Shown here piece by piece: positions 26,342 to 33,015 of a DNA stretch of 33,417 bases. The translations under genes were made by a program, and so were the position numbers. Position 1 is the first letter of the stretch. Every line of letters begins with the position of its first letter. The notes beneath the pieces are model-generated. The model was not told where the DNA came from, did not search any database, and worked only from the letters and a program-made list of their open reading frames with translations. Source of the stretch: a virus (taxonomy: Duplodnaviria > Caudoviricetes); the IMG/VR virus record IMGVR_UViG_3300010047_000083, positions 1 to 33,417 of that record; one strand, 5' to 3'.

Positions 26342-27226
26342 CTATCTCCGTTTGGGTTTGGTTTGTGAGTTCTCAATGGCTAATACTTTGGGCTTGCCTC
26401 CGGCCGCAACCTCCTTTCTCCTAGTGTGCATCTCGACGATCTGGCCAAAGTCGGGGTCGAGTCCGGCCTCAAGAGGGAGGGCTCGGTTCTTGAGGTCTAC
26501 GCCGTCCTCGATCGTTGACCAGGTGAAGGACTTCTTGTCCTTGACGCAGTAGATGATTTCGTTGAAGTAGCGAGCGATTCGGGGGGCTAGCTTGCGCCCC
26601 AGGGCGGCCGCCATGACCTGCTTGGCCCCAGTGATTTCGTTGACCTCCTTGTCCACGTGGGCCGTTAGGGTGAAGTGGCACCATAGGTCGGCGCACAGTT
26701 TGAGGATGATCTTTTCCTCGAAGTTCATGGCCACGCCCCATTCGCCCTGATGGGCGCTGGGTTTGAAGCCTATGGTCAGGTCCATGGCGATGGTGTTCAG
26801 GCCGGTCAGGCTATCTAGGGCGTAAGCCCTAGTGTCGTCCCACTCGAATGGACTGCCGTAAGACTGGCCGGTCCTCTCGCATTTGAAGTCGCGGAGGGAC
26901 TCCAAAAGTTTGTCGGCCGGTTCGCGGGTCTTGTCCTTACCCACCCCGGTCTTGATGTTGGAGATTTGCTCGTAGCCCATGTTCGCAATCACGCGAATGG
27001 TGTCTTCGAACACGTCGAGGTCGGGGGGCATCGGCGGGACGGTCGTCCAGTGGATGAGGTCCAGGGAGATGCCCAGCCGTTGGGCTGCATCGACCAGGGA
27101 GTCAACCCCGCTTGGCTCGGTTACGGTTACGAAGGTTTCGATTCCGGCCGCTGCGTAGGTTGCCAGGGCGCTAGTCTTCCCGGTCCCGCTCGGGCCTAGG
27201 AGGAGGTTGCTGGGGGGTTTTAACAC
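26342..27226 (-). CDS. AAA_24 / Sak4-like ATPase (recombinase)
   Basis: 'LLLGPSGTGKT', 'ALDSLT', 'TAHVD' and 'YFNEI'. GTG start after AAGGAGG. Confidence 0.82.
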   Translation of the reverse strand: MLKPPSNLLLGPSGTGKTSALATYAAAGIETFVTVTEPSGVDSLVDAAQRLGISLDLIHWTTVPPMPPDLDVFEDTIRVIANMGYEQISNIKTGVGKDKTREPADKLLESLRDFKCERTGQSYGSPFEWDDTRAYALDSLTGLNTIAMDLTIGFKPSAHQGEWGVAMNFEEKIILKLCADLWCHFTLTAHVDKEVNEITGAKQVMAAALGRKLAPRIARYFNEIIYCVKDKKSFTWSTIEDGVDLKNRALPLEAGLDPDFGQIVEMHTRRKEVAAGGKPKVLAIENSQTKPKRR

Positions 27227-27238
27227 TGTAGTTCCTCC

Positions 27239-27625
27239 TTAGTGGCCGGCGGGAGCGAGGGCAGCCGCGGGGATGATCTTGACCGGGGCCGCACTTGCAG
27301 TCAGGGCAAACGGTCCACGGGGTAGAGGATGGCCGGGTCTTTTCATCCATTGTAAGGCTCGCTGATAGGCGGCACCGAAGGTGTGGGGTTGGTGGTAGCA
27401 GATTTCGTTGTAGGCTCCGCCTGAGCTACAATCGCCGTCGCTATCCTCTAGTATATCGATTAAGAGTATTCCATGGCCATTAGCGTCGCGAAGTTTTAGG
27501 CTTATGGCGTACTGGGACATAAGGCAGGTTGTAGTGCTATCCCAGGCGTAGGTATTGTAGCTGGGCTGTTGGCTAAGCCATTCGGCGAAGTGGGCGACGG
27601 TGCGGGGTCTGAGGTTGCTAGGCAT
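27239..27625 (-). CDS. Hypothetical phage protein (128 aa)
   Basis: Start revised to ATG 27625 (GGAG RBS). 'EWL..QP....Y......CL..QY' and 'PHTFGAAYQRA' pattern recalled from rhizobial phage proteins. Confidence 0.65.
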   Translation of the reverse strand: MPSNLRPRTVAHFAEWLSQQPSYNTYAWDSTTTCLMSQYAISLKLRDANGHGILLIDILEDSDGDCSSGGAYNEICYHQPHTFGAAYQRALQWMKRPGHPLPRGPFALTASAAPVKIIPAAALAPAGH

Positions 27626-27802
27626 TTTGTTTCTCCATTTATCAAGTCTTGAGGTGGTAGGTGCCCCCCATGGGCGCTCTCCCACAGGGGGCTGGGAACG
27701 TCAACATGAAAGGGTTATGTAGGGTTTAACGCATCGGACAGGTCCTTTCGCGCACTCCGGGGGCCGCCCGGCCGGATCGACATGGGCCGTCCCCATGCCA
27801 AT
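27626..27802 (-). promoter_or_regulatory. Highly structured 177-nt intergenic region (candidate ncRNA/leader)
   Basis: At least four stems on the - strand, including 12-bp GCCCCCTGTGGG/CCCATGGGGGGC with two G-U pairs. Confidence 0.45.
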
Positions 27803-27937
27803 TCATTTTACCGTCCTCCCGCACCTCGTGCAGGACCAATAAGTGCCATCCTTGTCGTGGTGGATGACGCCATTGCACCCGCCCCACCAACAACTGAACA
27901 GGCGACGGAGTAGGAGCCTGTAGGCTACGAGCTTCAC
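27803..27937 (-). CDS. Small Cys/His (zinc-finger-like) protein, 44 aa
   Basis: GTGA overlap with the nuclease stop. MKLVAYRLLLRRLFSCWWGGC...WSCTRCGRTVK. Confidence 0.55.
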   Translation of the reverse strand: MKLVAYRLLLRRLFSCWWGGCNGVIHHDKDGTYWSCTRCGRTVK

Positions 27938-29013
27938 GTCACGTTCTCCTTGATGGGAGACCAGCGGTGGACGATGAAGTTGTCGTAGAAGTTCTCGGGG
28001 AGGTGGCTCTCGCAGAGGTCCATGAATGGGCACAATCCGTATTGCGTGCAGGCCTCGCCGAGATTGAAGTCCCAATACTCTTCCTCCCAGCACTTAACCA
28101 TGCGCCACAGGTCGCGGCGGGTCTGCTCGTGCCACTTGGCTATTAGCTGGCGGGAGTAGGGTTTCTGGGCTTCGACTATCTCGTTGCCCTTGCCGGCCTT
28201 GGCGGTCGGCGAACGGATGATTATTCCCCGCGCCACAGTATATTCAACTGGTATGCCAAGAGAGTGGCAAGCCCAATGATAGCCGAGAAACTGTCGGCGG
28301 AGATTCCAGCTATCAGCCCAGTTTCCCATGAGGCGACCACTAGTTTTTTCATCACGGACGCAGGGATGCTTGCCATGGAGGATGCCCAGTAGGTCGAAGC
28401 GGCCGCACCACAGGAAGGGTTCGCGGGTGACTGGGTGGAGGGGGAAGTAGTGGTGGCCATCGGCGTGCCACGAACAGGCCTCGGTAGGGTCATTAGCCCA
28501 TGATCCACGGGAGGCGTAGCGCTCGTAGGGGATGGCGGGCTCTAAGGGAATGGCGAAGGAGAATTCGTTGGTCGAGCGACCCTTGACGTCGTAATAGGGC
28601 TGGACGTGGTCGCGCTCGGGTGGGAAGGTGGCGAAATATAATTCAATCGCGGACCAAGTGTTGTCCAGGGTCTTCGAAGTTTCCTTCTCCGCCTGGAAGT
28701 CGCCCCACTCGCACACGAACGCAGCGTGTCCCCGCATGAGGGCTTCGTGGAAGGGTAAGCCCTCGTGCCAGACACCGCGCTGGACAATCTCGATGGCCTT
28801 CGCGCTGCAGATGCCGGCGTGGAGGTCAACGCTGGGCGTTGGGGGGCGGAGGCCCAAGACGAATTCGGTATGGAATTTCTTCGCGCAAGAGGCGAAGGCG
28901 GTCATCATAGTCGAGTCGACTTGATGTGGGAGGATGGGTTCAGGATTATGGGCCCTGGTGGCTTCCCGTGGGGCCCATTCCTGGTGCAGAAGATTGAGGT
29001 GGTTCTTGGCCAT
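27934..29013 (-). CDS. PD-(D/E)XK exonuclease, Cas4/RecB-like with Cys cluster
   Basis: 'SCAKKF', 'GRFDLL', 'DEKTS', 'QFLGY' and C-terminal 'CTQYGLCPFMDLC'. Confidence 0.87.
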   Translation of the reverse strand: MAKNHLNLLHQEWAPREATRAHNPEPILPHQVDSTMMTAFASCAKKFHTEFVLGLRPPTPSVDLHAGICSAKAIEIVQRGVWHEGLPFHEALMRGHAAFVCEWGDFQAEKETSKTLDNTWSAIELYFATFPPERDHVQPYYDVKGRSTNEFSFAIPLEPAIPYERYASRGSWANDPTEACSWHADGHHYFPLHPVTREPFLWCGRFDLLGILHGKHPCVRDEKTSGRLMGNWADSWNLRRQFLGYHWACHSLGIPVEYTVARGIIIRSPTAKAGKGNEIVEAQKPYSRQLIAKWHEQTRRDLWRMVKCWEEEYWDFNLGEACTQYGLCPFMDLCESHLPENFYDNFIVHRWSPIKENVT

Positions 29014-29152
29014 GTGGGGCTCTCTTTTGGTAGCGACGGATGAATTCCTCTAGCAGCAGGAGGTCCTCATTTTTGAACCAAGTAGCTGCCGCCTGCCGGA
29101 GGCGCATCACTAGGTCCACGTCCGACATCTTGCTGGGTGGGGTGGGCTGCAT
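28946..29152 (-). CDS. Hypothetical protein
   Basis: Helical 'SDVDLVMRLRQ...LLLLEEFIRRY'; fills the gap in the operon. Confidence 0.55.
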   Translation of the reverse strand: MQPTPPSKMSDVDLVMRLRQAAATWFKNEDLLLLEEFIRRYQKRAPHGQEPPQSSAPGMGPTGSHQGP

Positions 29153-29351
29153 GGGGTTCACCTGCGGTCAGGACGGCTTTGATGGTTGCAACTACTTGGG
29201 CTACACAAGCAGTGCAAAGGTCGGCAGTTGTCTGGAAGTCCGCGTTGCTGTTGTGCTCGTTTAGTAGGCTGATGCAGACGTCGGGGATGACCTCAATGGC
29301 CGGTGTGCAGCGGTAGCAGCGGTCGCAGCGGAATTCGGTGATCTTGGCCAC
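29067..29351 (-). CDS. Small CxxC...CxxC zinc-binding protein
   Basis: Start revised to GTG 29351 (TAGTG coupling, GAGGAG). 'FRCDRC...DLCTAC'. Confidence 0.65.
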   Translation of the reverse strand: MAKITEFRCDRCYRCTPAIEVIPDVCISLLNEHNSNADFQTTADLCTACVAQVVATIKAVLTAGEPHAAHPTQQDVGRGPSDAPPAGGSYLVQK

Positions 29352-29653
29352 TAGACCGGCTCCTCTTCCGCGGTCGGATGCACGTGGGTGAATTGGTCCC
29401 ACATCCAATCGGACCATGCCCCATCGGACAAGCATCGAATATACATGCCGGGCCATTGGTTGTCGGCCGCCCACATCATTTGGACGTAGTCGCCAATAGC
29501 TGTGGCGTGTTTGTATACGTCCAACACGCAGGGGCCGGTGGTGGCCGGGGCTTTTTCGCCAGCGCCCGGAGCCTTGGGGCCGTTGATGTAGGCGGGGACC
29601 ATACTACGGCCCCGCTCCAGATAACGGTTGAGGTTGACGGGAGTGGCGGTCAT
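29351..29653 (-). CDS. Hypothetical protein (100 aa, Trp-rich C-terminus)
   Basis: ATGA-coupled with AGGAGG RBS. 'MYIR....GAWSDW' resembles short beta-rich fibre-like modules. Confidence 0.6.
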   Translation of the reverse strand: MTATPVNLNRYLERGRSMVPAYINGPKAPGAGEKAPATTGPCVLDVYKHATAIGDYVQMMWAADNQWPGMYIRCLSDGAWSDWMWDQFTHVHPTAEEEPV

Positions 29654-29922
29654 CGGGGCCTCCTTGGCTGCATGAGTTCGCCTAGTTCGTTGAACGCTTC
29701 GGGGCCCATTTGCTCTAGCCAGTAGGGCGAGGGGCCGGCCGCAGCGGTGTCGGGGAGGTGTTGGTAGTAGCCCTTGATTGGGGTGCGCAACTCTGGGTCA
29801 AGAGGCGGGGCTAGCTCGGCCTCGGCCTGCTCCTTCGTCATGCGGCGGGGGTTGTTGCGTTCGGCCTGCAACATGCGGAATTGGGCTTTCGAGCGGGCGC
29901 CCTTGGGATACGGTTCAGCCAT
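29650..29922 (-). CDS. Small basic protein with SKAQ motif and C-terminal ELGELMQPRRPR
   Basis: Start revised to ATG 29922 (CAGGAGG RBS). Confidence 0.7.
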   Translation of the reverse strand: MAEPYPKGARSKAQFRMLQAERNNPRRMTKEQAEAELAPPLDPELRTPIKGYYQHLPDTAAAGPSPYWLEQMGPEAFNELGELMQPRRPR

Positions 29923-29990
29923 TAAAGCCTCCTGGCGTAGATGTAAATGAAGATGATGGCTAGCCCGATGCACACCACCATTTCGATCAT
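29922..29990 (-). CDS. 22-aa single-TM peptide (MIEMVVCIGLAIIFIYIYARRL), not in the ORF track
   Basis: Exactly fills the gap, with ATGA overlap upstream and TAATG overlap downstream. Hydrophobic core followed by RR. Confidence 0.65.
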   Translation of the reverse strand: MIEMVVCIGLAIIFIYIYARRL

Positions 29991-30205
29991 ATGAGGTCCA
30001 GGGCGCTGGAGGCGGCCTTGGCCGCTTTCTCGGGCTTGGTGCCCTTGACCCGAAGGAGGGAATAGATCACCGCGAGTTCGCGCAGCCCGTCCACCGAAAT
30101 CTTGTGGAAATCGCCCCCCGCATCAGCGACGATTTGCCTGCGGCGGTTGTGGAGTTCGCTGGCTGTCAGGGCTTGGAGGTGGCTGTAAGCGTCTATTGCC
30201 TTCAT
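29987..30205 (-). CDS. Hypothetical protein (72 aa)
   Basis: In operon with AAGG-type RBS; helical. Confidence 0.65.
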   Translation of the reverse strand: MKAIDAYSHLQALTASELHNRRRQIVADAGGDFHKISVDGLRELAVIYSLLRVKGTKPEKAAKAASSALDLI

Positions 30206-30374
30206 TTGCCTTTTCCTTTATCCAGTCTTTTAGCAGAGACTCGATAAGCTGAGCGCGGGCGCCGTAGAAGGGTTTGCCGGTTATGGCGTTATTCAACAGT
30301 TGTTCGACGGCCCCCGCGGTCTCTGCGGTGAGGGTTACTTTCCAGGTCTGAAAGGTGCCTTGTCGTTTGCGCAT
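30123..30374 (-). CDS. Small putative DNA-binding protein (ribbon-helix-helix-like), probably leaderless
   Basis: Start revised to ATG 30374. Beta strand 'TWKVTLT' followed by two helices, 'YGARAQLIESLLKDWI'. Confidence 0.55.
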   Translation of the reverse strand: MRKRQGTFQTWKVTLTAETAGAVEQLLNNAITGKPFYGARAQLIESLLKDWIKEKANEGNRRLQPPPSPDSQRTPQPPQANRR

Positions 30375-30381
30375 AACGGCC

Positions 30382-30410
30382 CTTATAGCACAGCGCCCCT
30401 TGTTAGGCAA
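30382..30410 (-). promoter_or_regulatory. Sigma70-type promoter TTGCCT-N17-TATAAG with extended -10 (TGc)
   Basis: -35 at 30410-30405 and -10 at 30387-30382, 7 nt upstream of ATG 30374. Confidence 0.65.
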
Positions 30411-30411
30411 G

Positions 30412-30813
30412 CTATTCTCCCGACTGAGGGATATCCTTCAATATGTCCTCGATGTCGGCGGGGGCGATGGACCGGGCTTCGGGCTCGGCCGCCTCGGATA
30501 TGAATGCCTCGATGGAGGCATCACGCGGGCGGACGATGATCTTCCACATTTGGTCCTTGGGCCTGACCACCTCAGCGCGGTAGGCAGTTTCGGTGTCTGG
30601 GTGCTTTTCATCCTTCATTCGTGCGCGGAGGTGGTAGAGTTGCATCTGGGTCTTGGCGGCTAGCCGTGTGGCGTCGGTTAGCCCTAGCCCGTTGGGGAAG
30701 CGAGAGTTCTTCTCGCTGAAGTCTATCACCACCTCCTCTAGCCCGCCACGGATGAGTAGCCGTAGCAGGGCTGGAGAGAATGAGGCGACTGGGACTTTGC
30801 GTGGTTGGGTCAT
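30412..30813 (-). CDS. Hypothetical protein (133 aa)
   Basis: In operon with 2-nt spacing; acidic C-terminus. Confidence 0.7.
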   Translation of the reverse strand: MTQPRKVPVASFSPALLRLLIRGGLEEVVIDFSEKNSRFPNGLGLTDATRLAAKTQMQLYHLRARMKDEKHPDTETAYRAEVVRPKDQMWKIIVRPRDASIEAFISEAAEPEARSIAPADIEDILKDIPQSGE

Positions 30814-30815
30814 GG

Positions 30816-31088
30816 CTACTTCCTGAGGTAGGGCTCCAAGGCGGACTTGGGAAGGAGGAACCAGCGGTACGGGCGGCCGTTAGTGCCGTAGTGGAAGCGG
30901 GCGCGTTCGTGGGCAGAGTCGGCGATGCCGGCCGCCGTAAATGAGCCATTATCGACCACGCACACTGGTAGATGGTCCTGCGGGATAGTGTAGTCGAAGG
31001 CTAGGACCGTTTCCTCCGATACTGGCAGGCCGACTCTATTGCAGAAATCGACCTTGTCCTCGCCTTCCGGGTTGATATACTGTCCCAT
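30816..31088 (-). CDS. Conserved-looking phage hypothetical protein (90 aa)
   Basis: AGGAG RBS; 'MG.YI', 'VCVVDNGSFTAAGIA' and 'RP..W'. Confidence 0.75.
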   Translation of the reverse strand: MGQYINPEGEDKVDFCNRVGLPVSEETVLAFDYTIPQDHLPVCVVDNGSFTAAGIADSAHERARFHYGTNGRPYRWFLLPKSALEPYLRK

Positions 31089-31097
31089 ATTGGGCTC

Positions 31098-31406
31098 CTA
31101 TAACATCTGGTCTAGGCGTTGGACTCTGCTTTGAATGCCGTTGGTGAGGTCGTCGAGGGCGCACAGGATGTGGACTAGGGACATGCCCTCAGAGAATGGG
31201 GCGGCTTCGACCTCATTCTTACTCGGGCCCTCGTTTGGGTCGACCCTGGACAGAGTGGAGTCGAGGCAGTTACGGATTTGGGCTAGCTTCTCTAGGCAGT
31301 GGGTGAGGCCATTGGCTAGGCGTGGGGTTTTGGGTGGATTGATGGGCGCGCCTCCGCCTCCTCCTGCGTGCCCTAGCACTCGGGTGTAGCCTGTTGTTTG
31401 GTCCAT
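31098..31406 (-). CDS. Hypothetical coiled-coil protein (102 aa)
   Basis: CAGGAG RBS; two heptad helices. Confidence 0.7.
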   Translation of the reverse strand: MDQTTGYTRVLGHAGGGGGAPINPPKTPRLANGLTHCLEKLAQIRNCLDSTLSRVDPNEGPSKNEVEAAPFSEGMSLVHILCALDDLTNGIQSRVQRLDQML

Positions 31407-31436
31407 GGTGGTGGCTCCTGTTGGGGGTTGGAATAG

Positions 31437-31469
31437 TGGGCGCTGGGGCGGGATGTCCCAACGCCCCTT
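31437..31469 (-). ncRNA. 33-nt structured element, copy 2 (candidate pseudoknot)
   Basis: - strand AAGGGGCGTTGGGACATCCCGCCCCAGCGCCCA, 28/33 identical to 10743-10775. Confidence 0.6.
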
Positions 31470-31472
31470 GTT

Positions 31473-31676
31473 CTAGTAGCTGCTAGAACGGCGGCTTTTC
31501 TGGAGACCCGCCAGGGAGTGGGGGCTGGATTTCTTCTTGCGTTTGCCCTCGCTCCTGCCCGTCACTGGGTTCCCCGGATTGTTGCTGTTGTATATCTTGG
31601 CCGCCTTCGTCTTCGCCGCCTTCAGCGGCATCGTCTGCGCGAACTTGTCGCGCATAGCTTCGTAGGCTTTGGGCAT
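31473..31676 (-). CDS. Small very basic protein (putative nucleic-acid binding)
   Basis: AGGAGG RBS; Lys/Arg-rich; 'YEAMRD...AKTKAAKIYN'. Confidence 0.72.
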   Translation of the reverse strand: MPKAYEAMRDKFAQTMPLKAAKTKAAKIYNSNNPGNPVTGRSEGKRKKKSSPHSLAGLQKSRRSSSY

Positions 31677-31848
31677 ATGCCCCTCCTAGTCTGTGGGCGT
31701 AGTCGAGCAGGCGCACGAAGACAGGGAGTTCTAGCGCCAAGCCCTGGGGAATGCATGAACCCCCTGGAACCTGTAAGGTGAGTTGGCCGCCTTCGTCGAG
31801 GCCGGCGTAGACGCCGTCGCCGATGTATTCTCTATAGACGATAGTCAT
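31483..31848 (-). CDS. Hypothetical protein ('YIGDGVYA' type) with run-on C-terminus overlapping the next gene
   Basis: ATGA coupling and AGGAG RBS. The first ~55 aa look folded; the rest overlaps 31473-31676 in another frame. Confidence 0.6.
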   Translation of the reverse strand: MTIVYREYIGDGVYAGLDEGGQLTLQVPGGSCIPQGLALELPVFVRLLDYAHRLGGAYAQSLRSYARQVRADDAAEGGEDEGGQDIQQQQSGEPSDGQERGQTQEEIQPPLPGGSPEKPPF

Positions 31849-32138
31849 TCGCTCCTCCTTCTTTCCTTTTGCCGTAGGGCTGCGTTGTGGGCCTCGATCA
31901 CTTCTGAAATGAAGCCGTGGACTTGCTCAGTGCCCAGCGTCATGGTGGCGAATGGAGTGCCGTCTTCGCGCAATAGCCAGAAATGGATGTTATCGCAGCT
32001 CTCGCATAGAGCGATGCGGTGGCGGCTGGCGGCCATGCAGATATGGCCGTCTTTCTCCGCGTAGACGTCGGCCGGCTCGACCAGCGGTTGGATTTCGTGG
32101 GGCTCTAGCTGGTTCCTATCCTTCGCTCCAAAGTTCAC
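31845..32138 (-). CDS. Hypothetical protein (97 aa, CxxC...H)
   Basis: GTGA coupling and GAGGAG RBS. Confidence 0.65.
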   Translation of the reverse strand: MNFGAKDRNQLEPHEIQPLVEPADVYAEKDGHICMAASRHRIALCESCDNIHFWLLREDGTPFATMTLGTEQVHGFISEVIEAHNAALRQKERRRSE

Positions 32139-33013
32139 GGCTTATTCTCCTCTCCAGTTTCAATAATGTGCTCGCGGAGGAGGACGCCCATAGAGGCGTC
32201 ACCCCTCCAATGGGGTTCGATCCAGACTGTCTTGGGCACTGGCCTTTTCTCTACCCCCTTGGAGCCGTAGGTATGCGTATAGGTGCGGAAGTGGCCGATG
32301 ACGTGGTGGAGGCGCTTGTGATACTCCGCCTCGCTTTCGCCCTCGCGTCGGACGTATTGGACATGCTTGCCGCCGATCTTCAGCTTTACCTGCTTGTACT
32401 CAACGTCTGGATAGACCTGCTTCTCATGAATACGGCGGATGCGGGCGGACTTGACCTCGCGGAGTTCTATGGTGCGGGGGACAGAGAGGAAGAATAAGGC
32501 CCCTGTGACGCTGGAGCCAGCGTACTTCAGGAGTTCTGCCCTCTGGACATTAGGGGCTGCACACCATAGGACGGAGCAGGCGGATTGAGCGGCCCAGGGC
32601 AAGAGGGGGAATTCCATGACGCTGACTGGGGCTGGGTGGCAGCCGCGGCCGAAGTCCATTACCTCGGTTACTAGGATAGAGTCGTCGCCTTCGCCGACCA
32701 GGAAAGCGACCCTATAATGGTTGTTGAGTCTTTTGGTGTCCTCTGGGAACTCGATCCAGAGGAAGGTAGAGGGCATTTTAACGGAGGTGCGTAGGGTTTC
32801 AACTGCGAGGGCCTTGCTGTCTATGAGCCGGGCCATTGCGAGGGCTGGAGATTGTTGGAACACGAAGCGGTCGGCGGTGTCCCTGGGGTCGCCGCTCCCG
32901 CCCAAGGCGTGGAGGACGTAGTCGTGGACGGTCCAGGCATGATTTAAGTTGTGGGAGTGGTGGGATGGCCTACCCTCGCGGAGGTAGTGCTCGGCCAGCG
33001 TCTTTAGGTGCAT
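32135..33013 (-). CDS. Phage hypothetical protein with C-terminal H-x-V-x-GH-F-R...WI-x-PHWRG motif
   Basis: 292 aa. 'RLHHVIGHFRTY...VWIEPHWRGD' is a motif recalled from many uncharacterised phage early proteins. Confidence 0.78.
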   Translation of the reverse strand: MHLKTLAEHYLREGRPSHHSHNLNHAWTVHDYVLHALGGSGDPRDTADRFVFQQSPALAMARLIDSKALAVETLRTSVKMPSTFLWIEFPEDTKRLNNHYRVAFLVGEGDDSILVTEVMDFGRGCHPAPVSVMEFPLLPWAAQSACSVLWCAAPNVQRAELLKYAGSSVTGALFFLSVPRTIELREVKSARIRRIHEKQVYPDVEYKQVKLKIGGKHVQYVRREGESEAEYHKRLHHVIGHFRTYTHTYGSKGVEKRPVPKTVWIEPHWRGDASMGVLLREHIIETGEENKP

Positions 33014-33015
33014 GG

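Noticed and set aside
27626-27802. Known ribozyme, riboswitch or tRNA in the structured gap
   Set aside because: Hammerhead (CUGANGA plus GAAA), HDV-like, twister, pistol, common riboswitch and tRNA T-loop consensus elements were not found by eye.
27934-29013. Cas4-like nuclease as evidence of a CRISPR-Cas system
   Set aside because: No repeat-spacer array or other cas genes. Its context (Sak4-like ATPase, SSB) is a standard phage recombination module.
24399-31848. Stop-codon reassignment suggested by many 20-190 nt gene overlaps
   Set aside because: TAA, TAG and TGA all terminate clear genes. The overlaps share the common xAT-G phase where a GC-rich frame simply runs on.
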